A stretch of DNA of 51,006 nucleotides from Methanobacteriota archaeon (GTDB taxonomy: Archaea; Halobacteriota; Methanomicrobia; Methanomicrobiales; Methanoculleaceae). Each line of letters starts with the position of its first letter. Within the stretch, counting starts at the first letter, position 1. The notes beneath the pieces were generated by a model. It worked only from the letters and a program-made list of their open reading frames with translations, ran no database searches and was not told the origin of the DNA. The position numbers and the translations under genes are program-made. Shown piece after piece: positions 9,125 to 21,047 of this stretch. The DNA lies in contig JAEWMO010000065.1 of the NCBI GenBank assembly GCA_023457135.1, positions 1 to 51,006 on the forward strand, read 5' to 3'.

Positions 9125-10780
9125 ATGGAGCTTCCCTGGAAGAGCACCGACGCCTGGTACAGAAAAGGGCGGACGTTCTGCGAACAGGGGCAGTACGACC
9201 GGGCTGCCGAGTGCTATGACCGCGTGGTCAGCCAGAATCCGGGCGCCACTACCGCCTGGTATAGCAAAGGGCGTGCCCTGGCAGCCGCCGGACGCCACCG
9301 GGAAGCAGGGGAGTGTTTCGACCAGGCCATCCGGCTCGACCCGACCTCGTCCCGTTTCTGGTGCGCCCGGGGACGGGTCTTCTACAGCCTCCAGGATTAC
9401 GAGGAAGCAGCCGGCTACTGTGCCCAGGCGCTGAAACTCGCACCGGACTCCGTCGAGTCCTGGCTCACCCGGGGGCACGCCTTCAGGAACCTGGGACGGG
9501 CCGCCGACGCGATCGCCTGCTACGACCGGGTCGTCACCCTCGAGCCGGGCAGGATCGAGGCCTGGCTCGCCCGTGGGACGATGCTCGCCGCCGAACGCCG
9601 GTACGACGGGGCACTCGAGTGCTATGACCGGGTCATCGCGCTCGATCCCCATAATGCGACCGCCTGGTATGCCCGCGGCACGATCCAGGCCATACTCTCC
9701 CGGCACGCCGACGCCCTCGCCAGTTACGACCGGGCAGTCGTCATCGACCCGGACCATGCCGACGCCTGGTACGCAAAGGGGTGCACGCTCGCGGTGCTGC
9801 TCACCTACGACAAGGCGGTCGCGTGCTTCGACCGGGCGCTCGCCCTCCGCCCCGACGACGCCGATGCCTGGTACAACCGGGGCCGGGCGCTGCAGAACCT
9901 TGAGCGTTATGGAGAGGCGGTCGACTGCTACGACCGGGCGCTCCGGCTCAGGCCCGGCCGTACGGAGATCTGGTATCATAAGGGTACGGCACTGAAGCGG
10001 CTGAAACGTTACGATTCTGCGGTCGCCTGCTTTGACCGGGCGATCAGGGAGAACGCAGGCGATCACGAAGCGTGGCACCAGAAGGGCCTCCTTCTCTTCG
10101 CCCAGAAACGCCCTGTGGATGCGATAGAGTGCTTCGACCAGGTACTCAGGCTCCAGCCCGGTCATGCGGACGCAGCCTACTACCGGGGCGAGAGTTACTA
10201 CGCCCTCGGGAACTACGAGATGGCGGCCGCCTACTACCAGGCCGTGATCCGGGCGGCCCCGGGGAACGCCATCGCCTGGAACAACTACGGAAACACGCTC
10301 TACCGGCTCGAACGCTACGATGAGGCGCTCGTCTGCTACGAACGCGCGCTCGAGATCGACCCGGAGAACCCCCGCGTCTGGAACAACAAGGCCAGCGTCC
10401 TCTCGGTCCTCTCGCACTACGACCGGGCGCTTGTCTGCTACGACCGGGAACTCCTGGCCCATCCTGAGAACGCGGACGCCTGGTACAACAAAGGCCTCGC
10501 GCTCTTCATCCTCGGGCGCTACGGCGAAGCCGTCACCTGTTATACGCAGGCGCTCGAGAAGGCTCCCGCGAGGACGGAGATCTGGACCATGAAAGGGAAC
10601 GCCCTCGTCATCCTGGAGCGCTGCGAGGAGGCGATCGACTGCTACGACCGGGCCCTCGCCGCGAACCCCGACAACGCCGAGGCGCTCAAGGGGAAGGCGA
10701 TGGCGTTCATCTACCTCGAGCGGTCCGCCGAGGCGGTCCGGTGCTACGAGCGGCTGAAGCGGCTGCCGGGACGGTCCTGA
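9125..10780 (+). CDS. Tetratricopeptide-repeat protein (~15-16 TPRs)
   Basis: 34-aa periodic AW..KG......GRY..A..CYDRAL..DP across the whole length. Confidence 0.93.
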   Translation: MELPWKSTDAWYRKGRTFCEQGQYDRAAECYDRVVSQNPGATTAWYSKGRALAAAGRHREAGECFDQAIRLDPTSSRFWCARGRVFYSLQDYEEAAGYCAQALKLAPDSVESWLTRGHAFRNLGRAADAIACYDRVVTLEPGRIEAWLARGTMLAAERRYDGALECYDRVIALDPHNATAWYARGTIQAILSRHADALASYDRAVVIDPDHADAWYAKGCTLAVLLTYDKAVACFDRALALRPDDADAWYNRGRALQNLERYGEAVDCYDRALRLRPGRTEIWYHKGTALKRLKRYDSAVACFDRAIRENAGDHEAWHQKGLLLFAQKRPVDAIECFDQVLRLQPGHADAAYYRGESYYALGNYEMAAAYYQAVIRAAPGNAIAWNNYGNTLYRLERYDEALVCYERALEIDPENPRVWNNKASVLSVLSHYDRALVCYDRELLAHPENADAWYNKGLALFILGRYGEAVTCYTQALEKAPARTEIWTMKGNALVILERCEEAIDCYDRALAANPDNAEALKGKAMAFIYLERSAEAVRCYERLKRLPGRS

Positions 10781-10801
10781 CGGAGAAAAAAGGCGGGGGA
10801 T

Positions 10802-11932
10802 CTATACCCGCGCGATCCGCCCGACGGCTTCTCTGAGGTTCTTCATCGATGTCGCGTAGGAGAGCCGGAGCCAGCCGGGGGTGCCGAACGCGGTTCCGGG
10901 GGTGACCGCGACATGGGCGTCCCTGAGCCACGACCGGGCGATCGCCATGTCGTCGCCCTCGACCCTGACGTAGGCGTAGAAGGCGCCGTCCGCCGGAGCG
11001 GTGGCGTAGCCGAGGTCGCGGAGCGCCGGGATGAGGTAGTCGCGCCGGCGCTCGAACTCGCGGCGCATCGACTCGACGCAATCCTGGGGCCCTTCGAGCG
11101 CCGCGACCGCGCCGAACATCGCGAACGTCGTCGGGCTCGAGATGGTGTGCTGCTGCACCTTCTCCATCTGCCGGAGGATCGGCCGGGGAGCGGCCGCGTA
11201 ACCGATACGCCACCCGGTCATCGCGTAGGCCTTCGAGAACCCGTTGACGGTGATCGTCCGCTCAGCCATCTCCGGGAGGGAGGCGAGCGAGATGTGTTCC
11301 TCCCCGTAGACGAGTTTCTCGTAGATCTCGTCGGAGAGCGCGTAGAGGTCGTGGTCACGGCAGATATCGGCGATCAGCCGGAGCGAGTCAGCGTTCAGCA
11401 CCGCCCCGGAGGGGTTCGAGGGGGTGTTGACCACGATCATCTTCGTCCGGGCCCCGACCGCCTCGAGCAGGCTGTCGTCGACCTGGAACGTTTCGGTGGT
11501 GAGGGCGTGGTGCCGGGCGGCGGCGCCCGCGAACCGGGCGCAGGGCTCGTAGGAGACCCACGAGGGGTCGAGGATGAGCACCTCGTCGCCAGCGTTCAGC
11601 ACGGCCTCCATCGCCTCGTAGATGGCGTCCTTCGCGCCGCAGGTGACGATCACCTTGTCGGGCTTCGCGGGGATGCCGTTCTCCCGGTTGAGTTTCTCCG
11701 CGATCGCCTTCGTCAGCGCCGGTATTCCGGTGCTCGGGGCGTAATGGGTCTCGCCCCTCCTGAGGGCCTCGATGCAGGCGTCCTTGATATGCGCCGGCGT
11801 GTCGAAGTCAGGCTCCCCTATCGAGAGGCTGATGACGTCGACGCCCTCCTGCGCCATCCTCTTTGCGGCGTTCGAGATCTCGATCGTCGCGGAGGGGGCG
11901 ATGGCCGCGATCTTTTCAGAGAGGCCTCTCAT
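10802..11932 (-). CDS. PLP-dependent aminotransferase class I/II (aspartate aminotransferase-like)
   Basis: [35 protein letters not shown]. Confidence 0.93.
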   Translation of the reverse strand: MRGLSEKIAAIAPSATIEISNAAKRMAQEGVDVISLSIGEPDFDTPAHIKDACIEALRRGETHYAPSTGIPALTKAIAEKLNRENGIPAKPDKVIVTCGAKDAIYEAMEAVLNAGDEVLILDPSWVSYEPCARFAGAAARHHALTTETFQVDDSLLEAVGARTKMIVVNTPSNPSGAVLNADSLRLIADICRDHDLYALSDEIYEKLVYGEEHISLASLPEMAERTITVNGFSKAYAMTGWRIGYAAAPRPILRQMEKVQQHTISSPTTFAMFGAVAALEGPQDCVESMRREFERRRDYLIPALRDLGYATAPADGAFYAYVRVEGDDMAIARSWLRDAHVAVTPGTAFGTPGWLRLSYATSMKNLREAVGRIARV

Positions 11933-12336
11933 CCCAATCGCTGGACCATCTTCACGGCCGATTCGACGGCGCGCTTGGCGTAATCGATACGCTCGGTCGC
12001 CTCCATCCGGGTCATGCCCGGCCCGGAGATGCCTAAGGACACGGGCTTCCCGAACTCAAGGGAGAGATCGATGATCTTACGCGCCGCGTGCTGGACGACG
12101 ATCTCGTCGTGCTGGGTGGCGCCCTCGATGACGCACCCGATCGTGACGACCGCGTCGATCTTTCCGTCGTTGAGCAGCTTCTTGATTGCAAGCGGCATGT
12201 CGTAGGCGCCGGGAACGTAGATCGTGTCCGCAACCTCCGCACCGAGGAAGCCGGCGTGCTCCCTGGCCTCGATCTCCATCATATAGGTGATGTCGCGGTT
12301 GAACTCCGCGACGACGAATCCAAGTCTTATCGTCAT
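11929..12336 (-). CDS. ribH: 6,7-dimethyl-8-ribityllumazine synthase
   Basis: [25 protein letters not shown]. Confidence 0.93.
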   Translation of the reverse strand: MTIRLGFVVAEFNRDITYMMEIEAREHAGFLGAEVADTIYVPGAYDMPLAIKKLLNDGKIDAVVTIGCVIEGATQHDEIVVQHAARKIIDLSLEFGKPVSLGISGPGMTRMEATERIDYAKRAVESAVKMVQRLG

Positions 12337-12394
12337 CTCAATCCTTCCTGTGATAGTACTCACACCGGATACTGATAATCATCACTTTTTTGCA

Positions 12395-13983
<1,589 letters not shown>

Positions 13984-14117
13984 GTAGATCAGTCCATATC
14001 GTCCTGTCGGGTATAGACGCAGTTCCTGCAAGGAACTTGGATGTGGATTCATATCAACCTCACCACCGCGGAATACCGACAGAGAGATGAGGAAGGAAGG
14101 GCATATTACAGGGAGAT

Positions 14118-14510
14118 ATGGTCGATGTCGCGGTGATCTGCGGCTCCGCCTCGGATACCCCCGTGGCGGAGAAGGTCTTTGCAGCCTTGAAGGAGCACGG
14201 CATATCCTACGACTACCAGGTGATCTCGGCGCACCGGGACCCGGAGAGGCTGGACGACTACGTGAAGGGAAGCGACGCCCGGGTATTCATAGCGATCGCG
14301 GGGCTCTCGGCGGCCCTGCCCGGCGTGGTCGCCTCGAAGACTGAGCGGCCCGTGATCGGCGTCCCGGTGAGCGGGAAGCTGATGGGCATCGATGCCCTCC
14401 TCTCGATCGTCCAGATGCCGAGAGGTGTCCCGGTGGCCTGCGTCGGCGTGGACAACGGGGAGAACGCCGCACTCCTCGCGGTCCGGATCCTCGGTGCCGG
14501 GCGCGCCTGA
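14118..14510 (+). CDS. purE: AIR carboxylase / N5-CAIR mutase PurE
   Basis: [42 protein letters not shown]7 tract follows. Confidence 0.93.
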   Translation: MVDVAVICGSASDTPVAEKVFAALKEHGISYDYQVISAHRDPERLDDYVKGSDARVFIAIAGLSAALPGVVASKTERPVIGVPVSGKLMGIDALLSIVQMPRGVPVACVGVDNGENAALLAVRILGAGRA

Positions 14511-14547
14511 GATACCTTTTTTTCGTCGGGGCAGTGTAGTAGGGGTC

Positions 14548-14958
14548 ATGAAGCAGAGAGTGCTCTTCATCGGCACGAACAACGCCGCCCGGACCCAGAT
14601 GGCGGAGGGCTACCTCCGCGCCCGCTACGGCGACCGCTACGATGTCTGCTCGGCCGGGACCGCCCCGACCGCCCTCGATCCCCTTGCCGTGCAGGTGATG
14701 TCCGAGATCGGGGTGGACATCTCGGGGCAGCGGGCAAAGGACCTCGGCCTCTTCGACGGAAAAGAGATGGATTACGTGATCGCGCTCTGCACCGGAGGCA
14801 TCTGCCCGATGTTCCCCTGGACGAAGGAGACGCTCCACCCCGACTTCCCGGACCCGACCCGGGTCACCGGGACCAGGGATAAGGTGATTGCGGCCTACCG
14901 GCGGAGCCGGGACGAGATCATCGCCTGGATCGAAGGAAGAGTGGTCAGCAGAGCGTGA
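14548..14958 (+). CDS. ArsC / low-molecular-weight PTP family protein with P-loop Cys replaced by Gly
   Basis: VLFIGTNNAARTQMAEG, SAGT, CxxxxCPMFP, FPDP, RDEI. Confidence 0.82.
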   Translation: MKQRVLFIGTNNAARTQMAEGYLRARYGDRYDVCSAGTAPTALDPLAVQVMSEIGVDISGQRAKDLGLFDGKEMDYVIALCTGGICPMFPWTKETLHPDFPDPTRVTGTRDKVIAAYRRSRDEIIAWIEGRVVSRA

Positions 14959-14987
14959 ACGGGCAGGGTAGCGGATGGAGATCCGCT

Positions 14988-16271
14988 TTACTGCTCCATA
15001 CGCTCTTCCGGCGGGGCCTTGAGGATCTCCCGGACCATCTTCACGGCGCAGAGGTCGCCGCACATCGAGCAGGTCTCGATCTCCCCGTCCCGCTCGTGGA
15101 TGCGCCGGGCCTCCTCCGGGGCGAGCGCCGCCTCGAACTGCTTCTCCCAGTCGAGAGCCCGGCGCGCCTCCGCCATCCGGATCTCGCGGTTCTTCGTGCT
15201 CCCGGCGGTGCGGGAGAGGCTCCCGACATGCGCCGCAATCCGCGCAACCCGCGTCCCCTCGACGATGTCGCGGACGTCCGGGAGCGCCAGGTGCTCGCTC
15301 GGCGAGACCATGCAGAGGAAGTCTGCGCCGTGCATGCAGGCAAGCACCCCGCCGATCGCCCCCACGACGTGGTCGTAGCCCGGCGCGACGTCGGTCACGA
15401 GCGGGCCGAGCAGGTAGAGCGGGGCGCCGTCGGTCAGTTCTTTGAGCATCCGGACGTTGTAGCCGACCTGGTCGGCCGGGATATGACCGGGACCCTCGAT
15501 CATCCGCTGCACCCCGGCGGTGAGCGCCCGCTTTGCGAGGTGGCCGAGCGTCAGGTACTCGGTCGTCTTGGCCAGGCGGCCGGCGTCCACGAGCGCGCCC
15601 GGCCGCATCCCGTCGCCGAGGCTCACGACCACGTCATGCTCGGAGAGGATCTCGAGCAGGTAGTCGTACTCGGCGTACAGGGGGTTCTCCTCGCCGGTCG
15701 CGGCCATCATCGCCACGTGGAAGGCTCCGCCACGGCTGACGACGCCCATCGTCCGGGGGTCGGCCTGGAGCGACGCGAGGGCCTGGCGGTTCACGCCGCA
15801 GTGAAGGGTCAGGAAGTCCACGCCCTGCCGGCAGTGCTCCCGGATAACCTTGAAGAGCAGGTCGGCGTCGACGTCCGCGGCAGTCCCCGCACGCCGGACC
15901 GCTTCATAGATCGGGACTGTCCCGACGGTTGTGTCGAGCTCCAGGATCCGGCGCCGGATGCGGGCAAGATCCCCACCGGTCGAGAGGTCCATCAGGGCAT
16001 CCGCGCCCTCCCGGAGGGCTGCCTTCGCCTTCTCGACCTCGAGGTCCTCGTCGCACCGGGTGCCGGACGTCCCGACGTTCACGTTGACCCGCACCCTGCA
16101 GCCCTCCCCGATGGCGCAGAGCCGGTGCGGCCGTACGGGGTTTGCTGGAATGACTATCCGGCCACGGGCGACGGCCCGCGCGGCCCGGTGAGGGACGAGA
16201 CCCTCCTCCCGGGCGATCGTCTCCACTTCAGGAGGGACGCCGCGCAGGCATGCAGAGATCAGGGTGTGCAT
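14988..16271 (-). CDS. thiC: ThiC-family radical SAM enzyme (phosphomethylpyrimidine synthase or Bza paralogue)
   Basis: VNVNVGTS, MDLSTGG, GTVPIYE, SLGDGMRPG, EGPGH, APGYDH, CSMCGDLC. Confidence 0.88.
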   Translation of the reverse strand: MHTLISACLRGVPPEVETIAREEGLVPHRAARAVARGRIVIPANPVRPHRLCAIGEGCRVRVNVNVGTSGTRCDEDLEVEKAKAALREGADALMDLSTGGDLARIRRRILELDTTVGTVPIYEAVRRAGTAADVDADLLFKVIREHCRQGVDFLTLHCGVNRQALASLQADPRTMGVVSRGGAFHVAMMAATGEENPLYAEYDYLLEILSEHDVVVSLGDGMRPGALVDAGRLAKTTEYLTLGHLAKRALTAGVQRMIEGPGHIPADQVGYNVRMLKELTDGAPLYLLGPLVTDVAPGYDHVVGAIGGVLACMHGADFLCMVSPSEHLALPDVRDIVEGTRVARIAAHVGSLSRTAGSTKNREIRMAEARRALDWEKQFEAALAPEEARRIHERDGEIETCSMCGDLCAVKMVREILKAPPEERMEQ

Positions 16272-16305
16272 AAGAACCATTTGTCCGGAAGCCATATTAG
16301 TCTGC

Positions 16306-16908
16306 ATGCCAGTCCGGTGGATCGCGAGCGGCACAACCTACGCCAACTCGTTCGTTTACGGAAACGTCCTTGTGGATGCAGGCGTTCTCCCGATGGCGGT
16401 GGAGCCGCACGCGGAAACGATCGAGACGATCGTCATCACGCACGCCCACTACGACCATATCGCCCATATCACGGAGATCGCCCGGCTCTGCGGTGATCCG
16501 GCCATCTGCATCCATGAGGCAGACGCTCCCGGCCTCATCGACGATACCCGGAGCCTCGCCATGCACTTCGGGGCCCGGTCGCCCGGGATCGTCCCCGATA
16601 CCGTCCTCTCCGACGGCGACCGCATCGGTGATCTCCGGGTCATCCACACCCCGGGCCACACGCCGGGCGGGATCTGCCTCTACGAGCCGGAAGAGAAACT
16701 CCTCTTCTCGGGCGACACCGTCTTCACCGGCGGCTCGTTCGGGCGCTACGACTTCCCCGGCGGGGACCGGACGGTGCTTGCAGCATCCCTGGAGCGACTC
16801 GGCGCCCTCGAGGTCGAAGGGCTCTACCCCGGCCACGGGGAGCCCGTCGCCCGCGGCGGCGGGAGGCATATCGCGGCCGCTATCGAGGCGCTCCGGTTCT
16901 ATGGATAG
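16306..16908 (+). CDS. MBL-fold metallo-hydrolase (glyoxalase II-like)
   Basis: THAHYDH, HTPGHTPG, FSGD, YPGHG. Confidence 0.92.
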   Translation: MPVRWIASGTTYANSFVYGNVLVDAGVLPMAVEPHAETIETIVITHAHYDHIAHITEIARLCGDPAICIHEADAPGLIDDTRSLAMHFGARSPGIVPDTVLSDGDRIGDLRVIHTPGHTPGGICLYEPEEKLLFSGDTVFTGGSFGRYDFPGGDRTVLAASLERLGALEVEGLYPGHGEPVARGGGRHIAAAIEALRFYG

Positions 16909-17356
16909 GGGTGTCTACGCCCTCGTCCTCGAGAACCCCCGCTGCGTGGTCCGTGTCGGCGCCCTGGGACTGCGGGAGTTTGCTGCCGGCAGGCACGTCT
17001 ACATCGGGTCGGCGCTCGGGAGCGGCGGGCTTGCCCGGGCAGACCGGCACGTGAACCTCGCCCTTCACCGCGACCGCCCGCCCCGGTGGCACATCGACTA
17101 CCTCCTCCTCGACCCGCGCTTCACCCTCGCCGCCGTCGTCACCGTCGCAACGGACCGGGACTGCGAGTGCGACCTCGCCCGTGCCGTCGGCGGACCGTCT
17201 GTTCCCGGATTCGGGTGCAGCGACTGCACCTGCTCCTCGCACCTCTTCCACCGTTCCGGCGACCCGGCCCCCGAACTCTTCGCCGCATTCCGGAGCCTCG
17301 ACCTCGCTGCCCGGATCACAAGAGTCAAGAGCGAAGGGAGCAAGCATAGGGTATGA
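16901..17356 (+). CDS. DUF123 GIY-YIG/Uri-superfamily nuclease-like protein
   Basis: GVYAL...YIGSA, WHIDYLL, GFGCSDCTCSSHL. Confidence 0.85.
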   Translation: MDRGVYALVLENPRCVVRVGALGLREFAAGRHVYIGSALGSGGLARADRHVNLALHRDRPPRWHIDYLLLDPRFTLAAVVTVATDRDCECDLARAVGGPSVPGFGCSDCTCSSHLFHRSGDPAPELFAAFRSLDLAARITRVKSEGSKHRV

Positions 17357-17904
17357 GTGTTCTCGGCATCTCCGGAAGCATGCGGAAGAACGGTAACACC
17401 GCAATGCTCGTCACCGCCATCCTCGACCGCGTTCGGGAGGCAGGCATCGAGACGGAGTTCCTCTCGCTTGCCGATATGGACATCCAGCCCTGCACCGGTT
17501 GCGAAGCATGCAGGGACGCGAAGTGGTGCGTGAGGGAGGACGACGACTGGGCCGGCGTGGCGCAGAAGATGATCGACTGCGAGGTGCTGGTCCTCGGCGC
17601 TCCGACCTACTACTACGACATCAACGGCCAGACGAAGAACCTGATCGACCGGACCTACTCCCTCTATCACGACAGGAGGCTCTCGGGCAGGAGGGCGGTT
17701 GCCGTCGCCGTCTGCGCCGACCGGGGTGGGGAGCGGTCGCTCGAGACCATCGAGGGCTTCCTGAACACCCACGAGTTCTCGTATCTCGGCTACGTCTGCG
17801 GGAGGGGGTATGCGCCCGGAGATATCCGAAAAGACGAACGGGCGATGCGGAGCGCTGTCCGGGTCGCGGATACGATCGTCAGGTACCTCAGGCCTGAAGA
17901 CTGA
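17353..17904 (+). CDS. Iron-sulfur flavoprotein (Isf/flavodoxin family)
   Basis: GISGSMRKNGNT, CTGCEACRDAKWC, GAPTYY, KNLIDR. Confidence 0.9.
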   Translation: MSVLGISGSMRKNGNTAMLVTAILDRVREAGIETEFLSLADMDIQPCTGCEACRDAKWCVREDDDWAGVAQKMIDCEVLVLGAPTYYYDINGQTKNLIDRTYSLYHDRRLSGRRAVAVAVCADRGGERSLETIEGFLNTHEFSYLGYVCGRGYAPGDIRKDERAMRSAVRVADTIVRYLRPED

Positions 17905-18058
17905 GAGCCAGGGAACGCCTGCACCGGCAGCGTCACCATACGGGTGAGAGCCTGCCGGAGCATCTTTTGTTACCCTGAACCTTCGCAGGCAGGGTTCGCA
18001 GGGAAAGAGGCGCGGTTAGTCCGCCGGATGCCCATCGTCTCTCCCTGCCCGGCTGCAG

Positions 18059-18220
18059 TCAGAGCAGCAGCGATATGATCGCGAGGACGATGAAGATGAT
18101 GACCAGCCACTTCGCGATCGACATTGACATCCCTGCAACGCCTCGCGCTCCAAGTAAGGCAAAGACAAGTGCCAGAATGAAGAAGAGGATTGCAAGGCCT
18201 ACGAAACCACCGCCTAACAT
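18059..18220 (-). CDS. DUF1328/UPF0391 small membrane protein
   Basis: [38 protein letters not shown] upstream of ATG 18220. Confidence 0.85.
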   Translation of the reverse strand: MLGGGFVGLAILFFILALVFALLGARGVAGMSMSIAKWLVIIFIVLAIISLLL

Positions 18221-18343
18221 GTCATGCTCCTCCCAATCGCCGGCACCCGCCGGCGTTGAGGGGCGATACTCTATCCTGGGATATTTATAATTTTCCAGCA
18301 ATAGTGCACCTGCCGGGCAAAACAGCCCGGTCGACCCCGGAGA

Positions 18344-19450
18344 TCAGCCTTGAAGGATGCTGTAGGTCGTCGTGCGTTGCCGGAGCGTCCGGCCGAGATC
18401 CCCGACCATGCGCCGCATCTCGGCCGGGTCCAGGTAGTCGGTGTCCCGGGCACCCGCCTCCCGGGAGATGCTCTCCTCAAACATCGTCCCGCCGAGGTCG
18501 TCGGCACCGGCAAGCAGCGCCACCTGGGCCATCTTCGTCCCGAGCTTCACCCACGAGGCCTGGATGTGGTCGAAGTTATCGAGGAAGAGCCTCGCGACCG
18601 CAAACATCAGGAGATCCTCTCTCCCCGTCGCGCCGGGCCGGGCGAGCCCCGCACGGTACAGGGGAGTGTTCGGGTGGACAAACGAGAGAGGGACGAACTC
18701 GGTGAACCCGCCGGTCTCGTCCTGGATATCGCGGAGGATTGCGAGGTGCCGGACGCGATCCGCCTCGCTCTCGCAGTGGCCGTACATGATCGTCGCCGTC
18801 GACCGGATGCCGAGACGGTGCGCCTCTCTGATGATCCGGACCCAGGTGGCCGTATCGATCTTCTCCGGGCAGATCACCTTCCGGATGTCGTCCACCAGGA
18901 TCTCCGCCGCCGTCCCGCAGAGGGTGCCGAGTCCCGCGGCCTGCATCGCGGCGAGCACCTCGCGGGTGGATATGCCGCTCTGCCACGCCGCGTAAGCCAC
19001 CTCCATCGGGTTGCTCGCGTGGATGTGGACGCGCGGGGCCTCGTCGCGTATCCAGGAGTAGATATCGATGTAGGATTGGGCGTCAAACTCCGGGTGGAGG
19101 CCGCTCACCGTGCAGACCTCGGTGACGTTCCGTTCATGCGCCGTCCGGGCCTTCTCCCGGACGACGGCTTCGCCGTGGTGGTAAGCATCGGCGTCGCCGG
19201 GTTTTCGCGAGAAGCCGCAGAACCCGCAGGCGTTCACGCAGAGGTTGGTGACGTTGATGTTCTGGTTCCGGACGTAGGTGACGAGATCGCCGGCCTTTCG
19301 CTCCCGGAGTTCGTCCGCGGCGGCGGCGATCTCCCAGACACCCCGGCCGCGGGTCTCGAGGAGGCGCACCGCCTCCTCCTCCGTGAGCCGGTGGCCGGCG
19401 AGGACGTCGTCGAGCACCTGTCGCAGTTGTGGCGCCGTAACCATCATCAT
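18344..19450 (-). CDS. cofH: FO synthase subunit CofH, paralogue 1
   Basis: NINVTNLCVNACGFCGF radical SAM motif, GTAAEIL, TATIMYGH, TGGFTEFVPL, ADDLGGT. Confidence 0.9.
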   Translation of the reverse strand: MMMVTAPQLRQVLDDVLAGHRLTEEEAVRLLETRGRGVWEIAAAADELRERKAGDLVTYVRNQNINVTNLCVNACGFCGFSRKPGDADAYHHGEAVVREKARTAHERNVTEVCTVSGLHPEFDAQSYIDIYSWIRDEAPRVHIHASNPMEVAYAAWQSGISTREVLAAMQAAGLGTLCGTAAEILVDDIRKVICPEKIDTATWVRIIREAHRLGIRSTATIMYGHCESEADRVRHLAILRDIQDETGGFTEFVPLSFVHPNTPLYRAGLARPGATGREDLLMFAVARLFLDNFDHIQASWVKLGTKMAQVALLAGADDLGGTMFEESISREAGARDTDYLDPAEMRRMVGDLGRTLRQRTTTYSILQG

Positions 19451-19559
19451 CCGCCTTTGATTATGTTACGTTTGATCTGGCGCAGTCAGGACAAGAATCT
19501 TCGGGTGTCCCCGGAAGTGGTGCATACACTTATCTGTTCTCCGGGGTACCCCGGCGACC

Positions 19560-19874
19560 ATGGCCCAACAGATCCTGTGCCACCAGCGCACACGGCTCAG
19601 CTACAAGGACGCGTTCGGCTACGTCATCCCGGTCGGGAAGACCAGCCTGATGGCCTGGGTGACCGACGAAGGAATGATCGGGACGGACGGGTTCGATATC
19701 GAGGCGCTCGCAAACGCAGGGGTCCCCGCGGCGATCGTCGGCGTCTCGGAGGAGTCGACCCTTGATACCCTCGACGCCCTGATGGATGCCGAGGTGAAGG
19801 CGGCAAACCTTCCGGCGGTGCAACGCCGGGTCGATATCGGCATTTCGGGAAGAGAGGCCCTGAACAGGATGTGA
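19560..19874 (+). CDS. YunC/DUF1805-family protein
   Basis: GFDIEAL...PAAIVG...LDALMDAEV...GISGREAL pattern. Confidence 0.75.
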   Translation: MAQQILCHQRTRLSYKDAFGYVIPVGKTSLMAWVTDEGMIGTDGFDIEALANAGVPAAIVGVSEESTLDTLDALMDAEVKAANLPAVQRRVDIGISGREALNRM

Positions 19875-19930
19875 ACCCGACCGAAGGTCGGTTTGCGCCG
19901 GCTGAGGAGCAAGGCCGGCCGAAGGTCGGG

Positions 19931-21019
19931 TCACACCATCTCGTAGAGCGTCGTCCGCTGCCGGAGCCTCCGGCCGAGGTCATCGGCCATCCGCCGCATC
20001 TCGGCCGGGTCCAGGTAGTCGGCGCCCTCGCCCCCGGCATCGACCGAGACATCGTCGCAGAACATCGTCCCGCCGAGGTCGTCGGCGCCCGAGAGAAGCG
20101 CCGCCTGCGCTATCTTCGTTCCCACCTTCCCCCACGAGACCTGGATGTGGTCGAAGTTGTCGAGGAAGAGTCGGGCGACCGCGACCATCAGGATGTCCTC
20201 TCTCCCCGTCGCGCCGGGCCGGGCGAGCCCCGCGCGGTAGAGAGCCGTCTTCTCGTGGAGGAACGAGAGGGGAACGAGCTCGGTGAACCCGCCGGTCTCG
20301 TCCTGGATATCGCGGAGGATCGCGAGGTGCCGGGCGCGGTCCGCCTCGCTCTCGCAGGAGCCGTACATGATCGTCGCCGTCGAGCGGATGCCGAGACGGT
20401 GCGCCTCCTTGATGATCCGGACCCAGGTCGCCGTGTCGCACTTGTTCGGGCAGATCACCTTCCGGACGTCGTCGACCAGGATCTCCGCCGCCGTCCCCTG
20501 GAGGGTACCGAGCCCCGCCGCCCGGAGCCGCTCGATGGCTTCGGTCGCCGAGACCCCGCTCCGTTCGGCAGCCCAGGCGATCTCATCCGGGCTTGCGGTG
20601 TGGATATCAACGCCGGGCGCCTCCTCCCGCACGCAGGAGATGAGGTCGACGTAGGAGTCGAGCGTGTAGTCCGGGTGCACCCCGGAGAGGAGGCAGATCT
20701 CGGTGACGCGCCGCGCCACCGCCGTCCGGGCCTTCTCCCGGATGGCCTCCGGGCCGTCGCAGAAGGCTTCGGGATCGTCCGCCCGCCGTCCGAACCCGCA
20801 GAATCCGCAGAGGTTCTTGCAGACGTTGGTGACGTGGATGTTCTGGTTCCTGACGTAGGTGGCGACGTCACCGACCTTCCGCTCGCGGAGTTCGTCGGCG
20901 GCGGCGGCGATCTCCCAGACCTCCCGGCCGCGGGTCTCGAAGAGGCGCACCGCTTCCTCCTCCGTGAGCCGGTGGCCGGCGAGCGTGTCGCGAAGTAGAT
21001 CATGCAGCGAAGACGGCAT
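19931..21019 (-). CDS. cofH: FO synthase subunit CofH, paralogue 2
   Basis: NIHVTNVCKNLCGFCGF, GTAAEIL, ADDLGGTM; start at MPSSLHD (21019). Confidence 0.88.
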   Translation of the reverse strand: MPSSLHDLLRDTLAGHRLTEEEAVRLFETRGREVWEIAAAADELRERKVGDVATYVRNQNIHVTNVCKNLCGFCGFGRRADDPEAFCDGPEAIREKARTAVARRVTEICLLSGVHPDYTLDSYVDLISCVREEAPGVDIHTASPDEIAWAAERSGVSATEAIERLRAAGLGTLQGTAAEILVDDVRKVICPNKCDTATWVRIIKEAHRLGIRSTATIMYGSCESEADRARHLAILRDIQDETGGFTELVPLSFLHEKTALYRAGLARPGATGREDILMVAVARLFLDNFDHIQVSWGKVGTKIAQAALLSGADDLGGTMFCDDVSVDAGGEGADYLDPAEMRRMADDLGRRLRQRTTLYEMV

Positions 21020-21047
21020 GGTAAACAACTCTATTGCAGTCCTGGAT

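Noticed and set aside
16272..16305. TPP riboswitch upstream of thiC
   Set aside because: Only 34 nt of intergenic space and no THI-box motif.
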